A DNA stretch of 64,000 nucleotides, from contig CAYLPP010000013.1 in the NCBI GenBank assembly GCA_964385615.1, positions 8,130-72,129 on the forward strand, written 5' to 3'. Shown piece after piece: positions 18,777 through 30,091 of the stretch; position 1 is the first letter of the stretch; every line of letters starts with the position of its first letter. The notes beneath the pieces are model-generated. The model worked only from the letters and a program-made list of their open reading frames with translations, was not told where the DNA came from and searched no databases. This DNA is from an uncultured bacterium. Its GTDB lineage: Bacteria > Omnitrophota > Omnitrophia > Omnitrophales > Aquincolibacteriaceae. Made by a program: the position numbers and the translations under genes.

Positions 18777-19582
18777 TTAAAAAAATTCTTTTTACGATGA
18801 CGGCGGGAATTTTAATTCTGTTCACCGCGGCGGTGTTTGTTTTTCCGCTTCCCGGGCAGGTTCCGGTTCTCATGTACCACTTTTTAGGGGCGGAGCAAAA
18901 CGCGCTGGAATCCAAGAATTACGTTACGGCTCGATCTTTTTCCCGCCAGATGGCGTTTCTTCACCTTCTGGGCTATCGGGTGATTTCTCTTGAAGATATG
19001 GAGGCGATTCATGCCGGGAAGCGGAAACCCAAAGGCCGTGAAATCGCGATTACTTTCGATGATGGGCATATCAGTTTTCTAAATGACGCTTATCCGGTTT
19101 TGAATAAATACCGGTTTCCGGTTACGTTATTTATTATCAGCGGGCAGGTTCGGTCGGGAGCCGCGGACCGGTTGAGCGAGAACGTCTTGCAAAGTCTGAA
19201 CCGGGAAAACTGGATCGACATTGAGAGCCACACGGTAACGCATCCGGTTCTTTCTGAACTTTCGACTGAGAAAATCCGGGAAGAACTTACAGTGTCAAAA
19301 ACGGAGCTGGAAAAAGATTTCCAAAAACCCATCCGTTATCTGGCTTATCCGGTGGGGAATATTGACGAGCGGGTGCTTCAGGAAGCTGAAAAGGCAGGAT
19401 ACCATCTTGCTTTTACGACCTCTTTCAAAAAACTGAAAAAACTGCCCGAAGGCCCGTTTTCAATGCCTCGGGTGAAAATCAGCAGAAGTTCCGATAATCC
19501 CCTGGTCTTCTGGTTTAAGATTTCCGGCTTCTATGAAAGCTTCAAGCGTTTCCGCCATACCCGCCTGGCAGCCGCCTCCTAG
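18773..19582 (+). CDS. Polysaccharide deacetylase (NodB homology domain, CE4)
   Basis: EIAITFDDGHISFLNDAYPVLNKYRFPVTLFIISGQV...HTVTHPVLSEL (the TFDDG and H-x-x-x-H motifs), with an N-terminal TM anchor. Confidence 0.75.
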   Translation: MIKKILFTMTAGILILFTAAVFVFPLPGQVPVLMYHFLGAEQNALESKNYVTARSFSRQMAFLHLLGYRVISLEDMEAIHAGKRKPKGREIAITFDDGHISFLNDAYPVLNKYRFPVTLFIISGQVRSGAADRLSENVLQSLNRENWIDIESHTVTHPVLSELSTEKIREELTVSKTELEKDFQKPIRYLAYPVGNIDERVLQEAEKAGYHLAFTTSFKKLKKLPEGPFSMPRVKISRSSDNPLVFWFKISGFYESFKRFRHTRLAAAS

Positions 19583-19626
19583 ACGTAACTCATTATCAAA
19601 AAACAACTTAGGCTTTACTCAATTCG

Positions 19627-19655
19627 TTGACAGGCCCTGCGGGGAATGATACACT
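19627..19655 (+). promoter_or_regulatory. Putative sigma70 promoter (TTGACA, 17 nt, TACACT)
   Basis: A consensus -35, 17-nt spacer and acceptable -10, sitting 45 nt after the deacetylase stop and 96 nt before the ATG at 19751. Confidence 0.45.
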
Positions 19656-19712
19656 AAACCCTGTTTTACGGCTTTTCTTAACCTCTTGAAACTAAACCAG
19701 TTGCGAAATTAT

Positions 19713-19750
19713 CAGAGTCCTCGCGTTTTGCAGGACTCTGTCGTTTTTTT
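19713..19750 (+). terminator. Intrinsic-terminator-like hairpin (cagagtcct/aggactctg) plus TCGTTTTTTT ending exactly at the start codon of the downstream kinase gene; terminator or leader attenuator
   Basis: A 9-bp perfect stem with a 10-nt loop and a 7-U tract. It lies downstream of the putative promoter at 19627, so it sits within a leader. Confidence 0.5.
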
Positions 19751-20794
19751 ATGAGCCAATCTTCAAAATCTTCGAAACAACCGGTATTACTGACGCCTTC
19801 AGAAAAGAAAAATTTTCTCGAGCTGATCGCTAAGTTCGGTAAAGTTAAAATCCTTGTCGTTGGTGATTTTATTCTCGACCGCTTTATTTGGGGCACTGTC
19901 GACCGGATTTCTCCGGAAGCTCCTGTTCCGGTCGTGCTGGTTAAAGATGAAAATTATATGCCCGGCGGTTCCCTGAATGTTGCTCATAATATTCATACCC
20001 TGGGAGGTACGGTTTATCCCAGCGGTGTGGTCGGGCGCGATTTGGAAGGACGCGCGCTCGTTAAAGTCATGCGCAGCCGCGGGATTGATACCGGCGGGAT
20101 TGTCTATGACGCCCACCGGCGTACGGCGCTGAAGACTCGGATTGTGGCCCATTCCCAGCAGGTGGTGCGTTTCGACCGTGAAAGCTCTGACGATGTCAGC
20201 CGTGAGACTCTGAAGAAAATCGTGAAATTTGTTCAGCAAAGGCTCCGCGGCGTGGATGTTCTGATCGTGGAAGATTACGGTAAGGGTGTGATTCAGCCCG
20301 CGCTTTTAAAAGAGATCGTGAAACAGGCTAAGAAGCTTCGTAAGCCTGTGCTGGTGGACCCGAAAGAAAAGAATTTTTCTTATTATTCCGGCGCAACCGT
20401 TGTTACGCCGAACCGCAAAGAAGCGCTTTCAGCCTTTTTGAGTTTGAATCACCGCAAGGCTTCTTCGCTTGAGGAAGCCGGCCGGGGATTGATCAAATCC
20501 TGGAAAGCCGATTCTTTGTTGATTACGCTGGGCGAAGACGGTATGGCGCTGTTTGAAAAAAATGGATCTGTAACGAGAATCCCCACCGCGGCGCAGGAAG
20601 TTTATGATGTTTCCGGCGCGGGGGACACCGTTATCGGCGTGCTTGCGATGGCGCTCGCGGCCGGCGCGAAAATGAAAGACGCGGCTAAAATCGCCAATGT
20701 GGCGGCAGGTATCGTGGTCGGCAAGCTCGGAACGGCGACACTTTCAGTCCAGGAATTGCGCGACGCGGTGGAAAGTTTCGCGGGCGGCAAGTGA
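19751..20794 (+). CDS. hldA: D-glycero-beta-D-manno-heptose-7-phosphate kinase (RfaE/HldE domain I only; pfkB ribokinase family)
   Basis: KILVVGDFILDRFIWGTVDRISPEAPVPVV...PGGSLNVAHN...DVSGAGDTVIGVLA. No fused adenylyltransferase domain is present. Confidence 0.8.
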   Translation: MSQSSKSSKQPVLLTPSEKKNFLELIAKFGKVKILVVGDFILDRFIWGTVDRISPEAPVPVVLVKDENYMPGGSLNVAHNIHTLGGTVYPSGVVGRDLEGRALVKVMRSRGIDTGGIVYDAHRRTALKTRIVAHSQQVVRFDRESSDDVSRETLKKIVKFVQQRLRGVDVLIVEDYGKGVIQPALLKEIVKQAKKLRKPVLVDPKEKNFSYYSGATVVTPNRKEALSAFLSLNHRKASSLEEAGRGLIKSWKADSLLITLGEDGMALFEKNGSVTRIPTAAQEVYDVSGAGDTVIGVLAMALAAGAKMKDAAKIANVAAGIVVGKLGTATLSVQELRDAVESFAGGK

Positions 20795-21525
20795 AAGTTG
20801 TCGGTGTTATTCCGGCCCGGCTGGGATCAACCCGCCTGCAGGAAAAAGTTTTAAAGCTGATTGACGGAAAGCCCATGATTCAGCGGGTTTGGGAGCGCGC
20901 GAAGCAGGCGCGCAAAATCCAGGACTTGATCGTGGCCTGCGATGATCAGCGGATTGCCGATTGCATTCAGAAGGCCGGCGGAAAAGCGATGCTGACCCGC
21001 GCGGATCACCCGAACGGAAGTTCCCGTGTCGCGGAAATTGCCGGGAAAATCAACGCGGATGTTTTGATCAATATTCAGGGCGATGAACCCATGATTGATC
21101 CTGGAGTGATTGACCAGCTCGCGGATTGTTTTGCGGATGCTTCGGTTGAGATTGCGACGCTGGCCGTTCGTAAGCGTTCGCGGGAAGAATACGAAAATCC
21201 GAATGTGGTCAAGGTTGTCTGTGATTCGCTTGGCAATGCGATATATTTCTCACGGTCTCCGCTGCCTTTTTACCGTGAAATGCCGGCGGATTTCTCTTTT
21301 TTAAAACATGTCGGGATTTACGGATACCGGAAAGAATTTCTTCTCCAGTTTGTGAGCTGGGGAGCCGGGGTTTTAGAAAATTCCGAAAAGTTGGAACAGC
21401 TGCGCGTTCTGGAAAAGGGCCGGAAAATCCGGGTTCTGGAAACGCGGCATGATTCAGTCAGTGTGGACACGGCCGAAGATCTGGCCGCGGTCGAATCTCA
21501 AATCAAACAGGCGAGAATCTCTTAG
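20791..21525 (+). CDS. kdsB: 3-deoxy-manno-octulosonate cytidylyltransferase (CMP-Kdo synthetase)
   Basis: MKVVGVIPARLGSTRLQEKVLKLIDGKPMIQRVWERA...NIQGDEPMI. Confidence 0.85.
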   Translation: MKVVGVIPARLGSTRLQEKVLKLIDGKPMIQRVWERAKQARKIQDLIVACDDQRIADCIQKAGGKAMLTRADHPNGSSRVAEIAGKINADVLINIQGDEPMIDPGVIDQLADCFADASVEIATLAVRKRSREEYENPNVVKVVCDSLGNAIYFSRSPLPFYREMPADFSFLKHVGIYGYRKEFLLQFVSWGAGVLENSEKLEQLRVLEKGRKIRVLETRHDSVSVDTAEDLAAVESQIKQARIS

Positions 21526-21553
21526 AAAAAGCCCTCGCCTGTGAAATGAATAA

Positions 21554-23260
<1,707 letters not shown>

Positions 23261-23266
23261 GCCCGC

Positions 23267-24112
23267 ATGCCTATCCACACGGTTGCAGTCACCCCTTCTA
23301 TTGTTTTTGGAGAGCCTAAAAGTCTCGTATTGATCGGCGGGCCGTGTGTGATTGAAAGTGAAGAGCACGCGATGCGCCACGCGGAAAAAATTTCCGCGAT
23401 CGCGTCTGAGCTTAAGGTCCCTTATATTTTTAAAGCCAGTTATGACAAAGCCAACCGTTCTTCCGGAAGGTCTTTCCGCGGGCCTGGGATTCAAAAAGGT
23501 CTGGCTATCCTGGCGAAAATTAAAAAAGAATTTAAACTTCCCGTCTTGACGGACGTGCACACGGAAGAAGAAATCAAACCGGCTGCTGAAGTCATTGATA
23601 TTCTCCAGATTCCCGCGTTTTTGTGCCGTCAGACGGATCTGATTTTTGCGGCGGGTAAAACCGGGCGTGTGGTAAACGTGAAAAAGGGCCAGTTCCTTTC
23701 TCCCTGGGACGCCAAGAATATCGTCGAAAAACTTGAAGAAGTCGGCTGTAAAAAAATCCTTCTGACTGAACGCGGAACCTCTTTCGGCTATCAGAATCTC
23801 GTGAATGATTTCCGTTCCATTCCGATTATGCGGGGTTTTGGCTACCCGGTTGTTTTTGACGCGACCCATTCGGTTCAGCTCCCGGGCGGAAAGGGAACGG
23901 CTTCCGGAGGCCTGGCGGAGTTCATTCCGACTCTGGCTAAGTGCGCTGTCGCTGCGGGCGCTGACGGTGTTTTTATGGAAATTCATGAAAATCCCGCGGA
24001 AGCGCTTTCGGACGGGCCTAATGCTCTGCATTTGCAGAAACTTAAACCGCTTCTGGAAATTCTGCTGGAACTGAAGAAAGTTGTTTCGGAGGATTCCCAG
24101 GTTCCGGTATGA
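23267..24112 (+). CDS. kdsA: 2-dehydro-3-deoxyphosphooctonate aldolase (Kdo-8-phosphate synthase)
   Basis: LVLIGGPCVIESEEHAMRHAEKI...YIFKASYDKANRSS... Confidence 0.85.
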   Translation: MPIHTVAVTPSIVFGEPKSLVLIGGPCVIESEEHAMRHAEKISAIASELKVPYIFKASYDKANRSSGRSFRGPGIQKGLAILAKIKKEFKLPVLTDVHTEEEIKPAAEVIDILQIPAFLCRQTDLIFAAGKTGRVVNVKKGQFLSPWDAKNIVEKLEEVGCKKILLTERGTSFGYQNLVNDFRSIPIMRGFGYPVVFDATHSVQLPGGKGTASGGLAEFIPTLAKCAVAAGADGVFMEIHENPAEALSDGPNALHLQKLKPLLEILLELKKVVSEDSQVPV

Positions 24113-25077
24113 GCAGGGATATTTTAAAAACAGCGCGCCGGATTTTGGAGACTGAGGCGAAAGCCATCCGCGGTCTGCTTCCCAAAATCGGGAAAAATTT
24201 TGAGAAGGCCGTAAAAGTGATGGCCTCTTGTCAAGGCCGTGTCATTGTGACCGGCATGGGAAAGCCGGGTTTTATCGCCCGTAAAATTGCGGCGACGCTG
24301 GCTTCGACCGGTACGCCCAGTCTTTTTGTGCATCCCGCGGAAGCCGTGCACGGCGACCTCGGGATGGTCACCGGTAAAGACGTTTTGATCGCGATTTCAC
24401 AGAGCGGTGAAACGGAAGAAATTGTCCGTATGATTTCGACGGTCAAAAAAACCGGAGTTCCGATGATTGCTTTGACCAGTAATCCGGTTTCAACGCTCGC
24501 CAAGCACGCGGACATTGTGCTGGATCTCGCGGTGACGCGGGAAGCGTGCCCTCTGAATTTAGCGCCGTCCGCTTCAACAACGGCGGCATTGGCCATGGGG
24601 GATGCTCTGGCGCTTTCGCTTTTGAAGCAAAAAGGTTTTCGCGCGGAAGATTTCGCGGAGCTTCACCCTGGCGGAAGTCTTGGGAAGAAACTTTTGAAAG
24701 TTAAAGATTTAATGCGTACGGGTAAAAGAAACCCGGTTGTTGAGGGGAAGACTTCCGTGCGTAAAGCTCTCCTGTCGATTACATCGGCGCGCGCGGGGAG
24801 CTGTTCGGTGGTTGACTCTAAAGGCAGGCTTCTGGGAATTTTTACGGACGGCGATTTGCGCCGTCACCTACGCCTGGACGGCGAAGCCGTTTTGAAAAAA
24901 ATGATTCGTGAAGTCGCGACCCGTAATCCGCTGGTCATCCGTGAAGAAAAACTCGCGGCCGAGGCGCTGCATCTGCTCAAAAGCCGTAAGATCGACGAGC
25001 TTCCGGTAGTAGACGCGAAGGGCAGGGCGGTCGGCCTTCTGGATGTTCAGGACTTATTGAAAGCGGGTTTTGTGTAG
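24109..25077 (+). CDS. kdsD: Arabinose-5-phosphate isomerase (SIS domain plus tandem CBS)
   Basis: GRVIVTGMGKPGFIARKIAATLASTGTPSLFVHPAEAVHGDLGMV, with C-terminal CBS pairs. Confidence 0.85.
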   Translation: MSRDILKTARRILETEAKAIRGLLPKIGKNFEKAVKVMASCQGRVIVTGMGKPGFIARKIAATLASTGTPSLFVHPAEAVHGDLGMVTGKDVLIAISQSGETEEIVRMISTVKKTGVPMIALTSNPVSTLAKHADIVLDLAVTREACPLNLAPSASTTAALAMGDALALSLLKQKGFRAEDFAELHPGGSLGKKLLKVKDLMRTGKRNPVVEGKTSVRKALLSITSARAGSCSVVDSKGRLLGIFTDGDLRRHLRLDGEAVLKKMIREVATRNPLVIREEKLAAEALHLLKSRKIDELPVVDAKGRAVGLLDVQDLLKAGFV

Positions 25078-26009
25078 TGGCTAAAAATAAGCCCTACCGT
25101 TTTGTTCTTTATCTGTTTGTCAGAGGGTGCGCGGGGTTGTTCACGCTTTTGCCCCGGAGCTGGGCCCTGCATCTCGCTAAGTTTTGCGGGGGGATGGCTT
25201 TTTTGATTGTCGGCAGGCAGCGTGAAAAAACGCTGGCGCATTTAAAGCTTGCGCTGGGAAGAGAAAAAAGCGAACTGGAAGTTAATTTAATCGCGCGCCA
25301 AGTTTTTGAAAATATGGCCGTGACCGGCGCGGAAATTTTGCAGTCTTCGAAGCTGACTCCTGAAAAAGCGGAGCGGTTTATTGATTCGGCCCGGGCGGTG
25401 GAAACTTACAACCGTCTTCTTGCTGAGGGAAAGGGGCTGATTTCAATGACGGCCCATATCGGCAATTGGGAATTGTTGGCCGGGATTTTCGGGCTTAAGG
25501 GTTATAAAGGCGCGGTGCTGGCACGGCGGATTTATTACGAGCCTTACAACCGCTGGATTGTCGGATTACGCCAGAAGATGAATGTTCCGACGCTTTACCG
25601 TGATGATTCAAGCCGTGAGATTCTTAAAAAGCTCGCGGCAGGGGAAATTATCGGGCTTCTGCCTGATCAGGATATTGACAGTTTGAAAGGAACTTTTGTT
25701 CCGTTTTTCGGTAAACCGGCTTACACGCCGGTCGCGCCTGCCAGAATCGCTTTGTCGACAGGCGCGCCGATGCTCCCGAACTTTCTGATTCGGGATGGCT
25801 TGACGCGGTACAAGCTTGTGGTGGGTGAAGTGATCCGCCCGGAGTCCGGGATGGATCGCGAAGCTGCAGTCCAGAGGATGACGGAAAACTGGATGGCTCA
25901 GTTTGAGAAAGTGATTCGGGAATATCCGGGGCAGTGGGCCTGGATGCATAACCGCTGGAAAACAAAACCCGAATCCAAAAAAGATTTGAAAAGGACGGTT
26001 ACTCAATGA
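25077..26009 (+). CDS. lpxL: Lipid A biosynthesis lauroyl/myristoyl acyltransferase (LpxL/LpxM family), second copy in the window
   Basis: HIGNWELLAG (the H..WE motif), an N-terminal TM anchor and 310 aa. Confidence 0.75.
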   Translation: MAKNKPYRFVLYLFVRGCAGLFTLLPRSWALHLAKFCGGMAFLIVGRQREKTLAHLKLALGREKSELEVNLIARQVFENMAVTGAEILQSSKLTPEKAERFIDSARAVETYNRLLAEGKGLISMTAHIGNWELLAGIFGLKGYKGAVLARRIYYEPYNRWIVGLRQKMNVPTLYRDDSSREILKKLAAGEIIGLLPDQDIDSLKGTFVPFFGKPAYTPVAPARIALSTGAPMLPNFLIRDGLTRYKLVVGEVIRPESGMDREAAVQRMTENWMAQFEKVIREYPGQWAWMHNRWKTKPESKKDLKRTVTQ

Positions 26010-26878
26010 TTAAAAAAATCGTATTTGCCTGTGCGCTTTTTATTCTGTTTTACGCCGGATTGATCTGGATGCAGGTTTTGATGACTGGTCAGCAGGCGGG
26101 AAACGGCGCGGATGAGGTTATCCAGGAAACCCCGCACAAGGTGTATTCCTTTTCTTTTTCCAAGTATACCCCCGAAGGTCAGAAGCAGATTGAAATTGAA
26201 GGGGATTCCGCCAATATTCTGGAAAAAACAGTTCTTCTGATCAACGTCATGGCTAAGGCTTATGCTGAAGAAACGCCGGTTACGATTACGGCTGACAAAG
26301 GCAAGTATGACAAGATTGAAAACAAGGTGAAACTGGAGAAGAACGTAGTGGCCACGACCGAAAACGGCACGCGCCTTCTAACAGAAGAGCTGGATATTCA
26401 TCCTGATGAACACCGCATGGAAACTGAGGTGCACGCGCAGGTTAAAAAAGACAACATTGACGTGGAAGGCATCGGCGCCAGCGGAGATTCAAATCTTAAG
26501 AAAGTGAAGTTTAAGAAAAATGTGACGGTGCTGGTGCAGGATCCCAAAGATCCAAACGCGGGCACGACAACCATCACCTGCGACGGCCCTCTGGTCATTG
26601 ATTATGATGAAAACGTGGCGCATTTTCACAAAAACGTGGTGGCTCAGGACAAGCGCGGGAAGCTCAGTTCTGATGATATGGATGTTTTTTATAACAAAGT
26701 AAGCAAGCAGGTTTCCAAGATTGTTGCGACCGGAAATGTAGCGATTGAAAACCCGGATGGAAACAAGACTTTCAGCGACAACGTTGTGTATCTGGCCGAA
26801 GAGGGCCGGATCATCCTCGGCGGTGATACCGAAGCCGTCTACAACAAAGACAGTAACACGGAGGCATTGTCACTGTAA
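26006..26878 (+). CDS. LPS export periplasmic protein, LptC/LptA (OstA-N) family
   Basis: An N-terminal TM anchor and a beta-jellyroll-like repeat composition; it lies immediately upstream of lptB in the canonical lptC-lptA-lptB order. Confidence 0.55.
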   Translation: MIKKIVFACALFILFYAGLIWMQVLMTGQQAGNGADEVIQETPHKVYSFSFSKYTPEGQKQIEIEGDSANILEKTVLLINVMAKAYAEETPVTITADKGKYDKIENKVKLEKNVVATTENGTRLLTEELDIHPDEHRMETEVHAQVKKDNIDVEGIGASGDSNLKKVKFKKNVTVLVQDPKDPNAGTTTITCDGPLVIDYDENVAHFHKNVVAQDKRGKLSSDDMDVFYNKVSKQVSKIVATGNVAIENPDGNKTFSDNVVYLAEEGRIILGGDTEAVYNKDSNTEALSL

Positions 26879-27603
26879 TGTACCTTCTCGAGACCAAGCA
26901 GTTACGCAAATCTTACAAGGGCCGTACTGTCGTTAATGGTGTGAGTATTAATATTCAGCGCGGGGAAATCGTCGGATTGCTCGGGCCTAACGGCGCGGGT
27001 AAAACCACGACCTTCTATATGGTGGTCGGCGTGATCAAGCCGGATGAAGGTCATATTTATTTTAGAGGCGAAGATATTACGGCGCTTCCTATGTACCAGC
27101 GCGCCCGGCTTGGGATCGGGTATCTTTCACAGGAGCCTTCTATTTTTCGTAAATTAACGGTTGAAGAAAACGTGATGGCGATTTTGGAAACGCTTGATAT
27201 CACGCAGGCGGAGCGTAAAAGAAGGCTGGAGCGGCTGCTTGAAGAGCTTGATATCGCGTATCTGGCCAAGAACAAGGCTTACACGCTTTCCGGCGGTGAG
27301 CGGCGGCGTCTCGAAATTACGCGCGCCTTGGTGACCAACCCTTCGCTGATCCTGCTCGACGAACCGTTCAGCGGTGTCGACCCGATCGCGGTTTTTGAAG
27401 TACAGAAAATCCTGCAGAAGCTTAAAGCCCAGGGCCTGAGCATTCTGCTGACGGATCACAGCGTCCGCGAAACGCTTTCGATCACCGACCGTTCGTACCT
27501 TTTATGCGACGGAAAGGTGGAGGTTTCGGGAACATCCAAGTTCCTGGCCTCGGACCCGAAAGCCCGGTCGCTTTATCTCGGAGAAAAATTCACTCTCGCT
27601 TAG
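26878..27603 (+). CDS. lptB: LPS export ABC transporter ATP-binding protein
   Basis: LLGPNGAGKTTTFYMVVG (Walker A), LSGGERRRLEI (signature) and ILLDEPFSGVDP (Walker B); 241 aa. Confidence 0.9.
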   Translation: MYLLETKQLRKSYKGRTVVNGVSINIQRGEIVGLLGPNGAGKTTTFYMVVGVIKPDEGHIYFRGEDITALPMYQRARLGIGYLSQEPSIFRKLTVEENVMAILETLDITQAERKRRLERLLEELDIAYLAKNKAYTLSGGERRRLEITRALVTNPSLILLDEPFSGVDPIAVFEVQKILQKLKAQGLSILLTDHSVRETLSITDRSYLLCDGKVEVSGTSKFLASDPKARSLYLGEKFTLA

Positions 27604-27621
27604 CAGCGGAAAGGAAACAAT

Positions 27622-28164
27622 ATGGATATTCGTTTTGTGGGAAAAAATTTAAAGCTTACGGAGGGAATGAAAGAGCATCTTCGTGACAAGGTTGGTAAGT
27701 TTGAGAAATATGATTCCCGGATTGTGGAGTCGCACGTCCTTTTAAAGAAAGAAAAATACCTCTTCGTTGCGGAAATTACTTTGCTTGCCAAGCATATGCG
27801 TGTTTACGGTGAAGGTTCCGCGAAAGAAAATATTTTTGCCGCAATCGACCAGGCTTACGCCAAGGTTGAAAAGCAGCTTAAGAAATTCCGCGAAAAAATC
27901 AAAGATCACCACAAAAGCGAACATGTTTTCGGGCCCGCGCTGAGAGCTGTCAGCCGGAACCGGAAGATGCAAGAGCAGGAAGAGCCCCGCGTCGTTAAGA
28001 CGAAGGACTTTGAGGCAAAACCCATGTCTGTCGAAGAGGCCAGCATGCAGCTCGGACTTTCAGAAAAACCGTTTTTAGTGTTTCAAAATTCTTCAACCCA
28101 GAAAATAAACGTTCTTTTCAAACGTGAAGATGGTCATCACGGATTGATCGAGCCCAATTTCTAA
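27622..28164 (+). CDS. hpf: Ribosome hibernation promoting factor (long HPF/RaiA)
   Basis: MDIRFVGKNLKLTEGMKEHLRDKVGKFEKY... plus a C-terminal dimerisation domain. Confidence 0.85.
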   Translation: MDIRFVGKNLKLTEGMKEHLRDKVGKFEKYDSRIVESHVLLKKEKYLFVAEITLLAKHMRVYGEGSAKENIFAAIDQAYAKVEKQLKKFREKIKDHHKSEHVFGPALRAVSRNRKMQEQEEPRVVKTKDFEAKPMSVEEASMQLGLSEKPFLVFQNSSTQKINVLFKREDGHHGLIEPNF

Positions 28165-28187
28165 TAGAGGTACGGAGGTATCCAGGC

Positions 28188-28652
28188 ATGAAGATTACGG
28201 AATTTTTGGACAAAAAAGGAATTAAAATCGGCGTTGACTCTGTTGAGAAGGAAGATTGTCTCAAAGAGCTTGTGGATGTGCTTGCCGGAGTTAAGGATAT
28301 TGGCGATAAGAAAGCCATCGTTAAAGCGCTGGTGGAACGTGAAAATCTCGGCTCGACCGGTATTGGCCAGGGGATTGCAATTCCTCATGGTAAAACCGAC
28401 CGGGTTGGCGAACTTGTAGCGGTGCTTGGCATCAGCCAGAAGGGCGTTAATTTTGAAGCGCTCGATGGAGAGCCTGTTTATATTTTCTTCCTTTTAGTGG
28501 CGCCCAAGGAAACCGCGGGCCCTCACTTGAAAGCTCTGGCTCAGATTTCCCGTATCCTCCGGGATTCGTATTTTTGCGAACTGCTCAAACGCTGTAAGAC
28601 TGCTGATGAAGTCTACGATTTGATCAAACGCGAAGAAGACAAGAAACACTAA
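28188..28652 (+). CDS. ptsN: PTS IIA-like nitrogen-regulatory protein (EIIA-Ntr)
   Basis: GIGQGIAIPHGKTDRV, the active-site His context of EIIA-Ntr/Fru. Confidence 0.85.
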   Translation: MKITEFLDKKGIKIGVDSVEKEDCLKELVDVLAGVKDIGDKKAIVKALVERENLGSTGIGQGIAIPHGKTDRVGELVAVLGISQKGVNFEALDGEPVYIFFLLVAPKETAGPHLKALAQISRILRDSYFCELLKRCKTADEVYDLIKREEDKKH

Positions 28653-28819
28653 TCAGGACATGTTTACCTTAAACATGCCTGATTGTACCGGCGCAAGGGC
28701 GCCGGTGGCTAAAAAGGCCGGTAAAGGTTATCTTAACCGTGACTTGCTGTACTTGCGCATGAGCGCAGGTGCTGATCAGAAAAAAATTTGAAAACCCAAA
28801 CAGGACTTCCCCTTAAACA

Positions 28820-30091
28820 ATGAAATTCTTCAAATGGCTTTATCCCGGTATTGGCGTTAAGCGCTGGATCGTGCTCTGCCTTCTTGGCTTGAGCCTGATC
28901 TCCGCCGTCGCTCTTGCCGCGATCAAGACTATTTCTCAGTCAAGCGTGCTGATGGCGGCGCTTGCCATGGCCCTTTTGATTTTCGGGATTTTTCTTGTTT
29001 ATACGTCTGTTAAAAATACGGTCCGGATTTTCGTGCGCGCGCTTATGCCCGCGCACCGCGACGGTCCATTGATCGATATTGTTTATCAGCGCCGTCAGGC
29101 GGAGTCGCTTGCCCGGGGCCCCCGTGTCGTAGCCGTTGGGGGAGGAACCGGATTGAGCACGCTTTTGAGCGGGCTTAAAATTTTCACCAACAATCTCACC
29201 GCGATTGTGACCGTGACGGATACCGGAGGAAGTTCCGGCCGTTTGCGCGAGGAAATGGATGTCCTGCCTCCTGGGGATATTCGTAACTGCCTAGTCGCGT
29301 TAGCGGACGCGGGGCCGCTGATTCGAGATCTTTTTCAATACCGTTTTGAAACCGGCGACGGTCTTAAGGGACACAGTTTCGGTAATCTTTTTATCACAGC
29401 GCTGTCAAAAGTTACGGGAGATTTTGAGAAAGCGATCGCGGAATCCAGCAAAGTATTGGCTATCCGCGGGCGCGTGATTCCTTCCACGCTCGAAAAAGTC
29501 ACGCTGGTCGGCGAATTCCTCGACGGCACTTTCGTGGAAGGTGAAACCCGGATTACGGATACTCAAAAACCTTTGCGCAATATCCGGCTGAAGCCGGATG
29601 ACTGCCATGCCCGGCCTGAAGCCATTGACGCCATTGAAAGCGCGGATTTAATTATTTTTGGCCCCGGAAGTCTTTACACGAGCATTCTTCCGAATCTTCT
29701 GATTCGGGATATTTATGACGCGATTTTAAAATCTGACGCGTACAAAATTTATATTTGTAACGTGATGACTCAGCCCGGGGAAACCGAAGGTTTCACGGCT
29801 TGGGATCATCTCCGCGTCCTGCTGGAACATACCGACCCGCGCATCGTTGACGCGTGTTTTGTCAATACCCAGACCATCCCGGAAAAGATGGTCGAGAAAT
29901 ACCGGGAAACAGGATCTGTTCCCGTTATTTTGGATCTGGATACCATCCGGCAAAAAGGGTATGAGATTATTGAAGGTGAAATTTTAAAAGCGGATGGGCA
30001 AGTTCGCCATGATTCTGAAGTCCTGGCGCGCATGATTTTTGAACATTATTTTAATGTCTCAAAGGCCGCGAAGGCTGCAGGTGTTCGGTGA
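28820..30091 (+). CDS. YvcK/CofD-like gluconeogenesis-factor-family protein (UPF0052) with a ~95-aa N-terminal membrane anchor
   Basis: VVAVGGGTGLSTLLSGLKIFTNNLTAIVTVTDTGGSSGRLREEMDVLPPGDIRNCL is preceded by two predicted TM helices. Confidence 0.75.
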   Translation: MKFFKWLYPGIGVKRWIVLCLLGLSLISAVALAAIKTISQSSVLMAALAMALLIFGIFLVYTSVKNTVRIFVRALMPAHRDGPLIDIVYQRRQAESLARGPRVVAVGGGTGLSTLLSGLKIFTNNLTAIVTVTDTGGSSGRLREEMDVLPPGDIRNCLVALADAGPLIRDLFQYRFETGDGLKGHSFGNLFITALSKVTGDFEKAIAESSKVLAIRGRVIPSTLEKVTLVGEFLDGTFVEGETRITDTQKPLRNIRLKPDDCHARPEAIDAIESADLIIFGPGSLYTSILPNLLIRDIYDAILKSDAYKIYICNVMTQPGETEGFTAWDHLRVLLEHTDPRIVDACFVNTQTIPEKMVEKYRETGSVPVILDLDTIRQKGYEIIEGEILKADGQVRHDSEVLARMIFEHYFNVSKAAKAAGVR

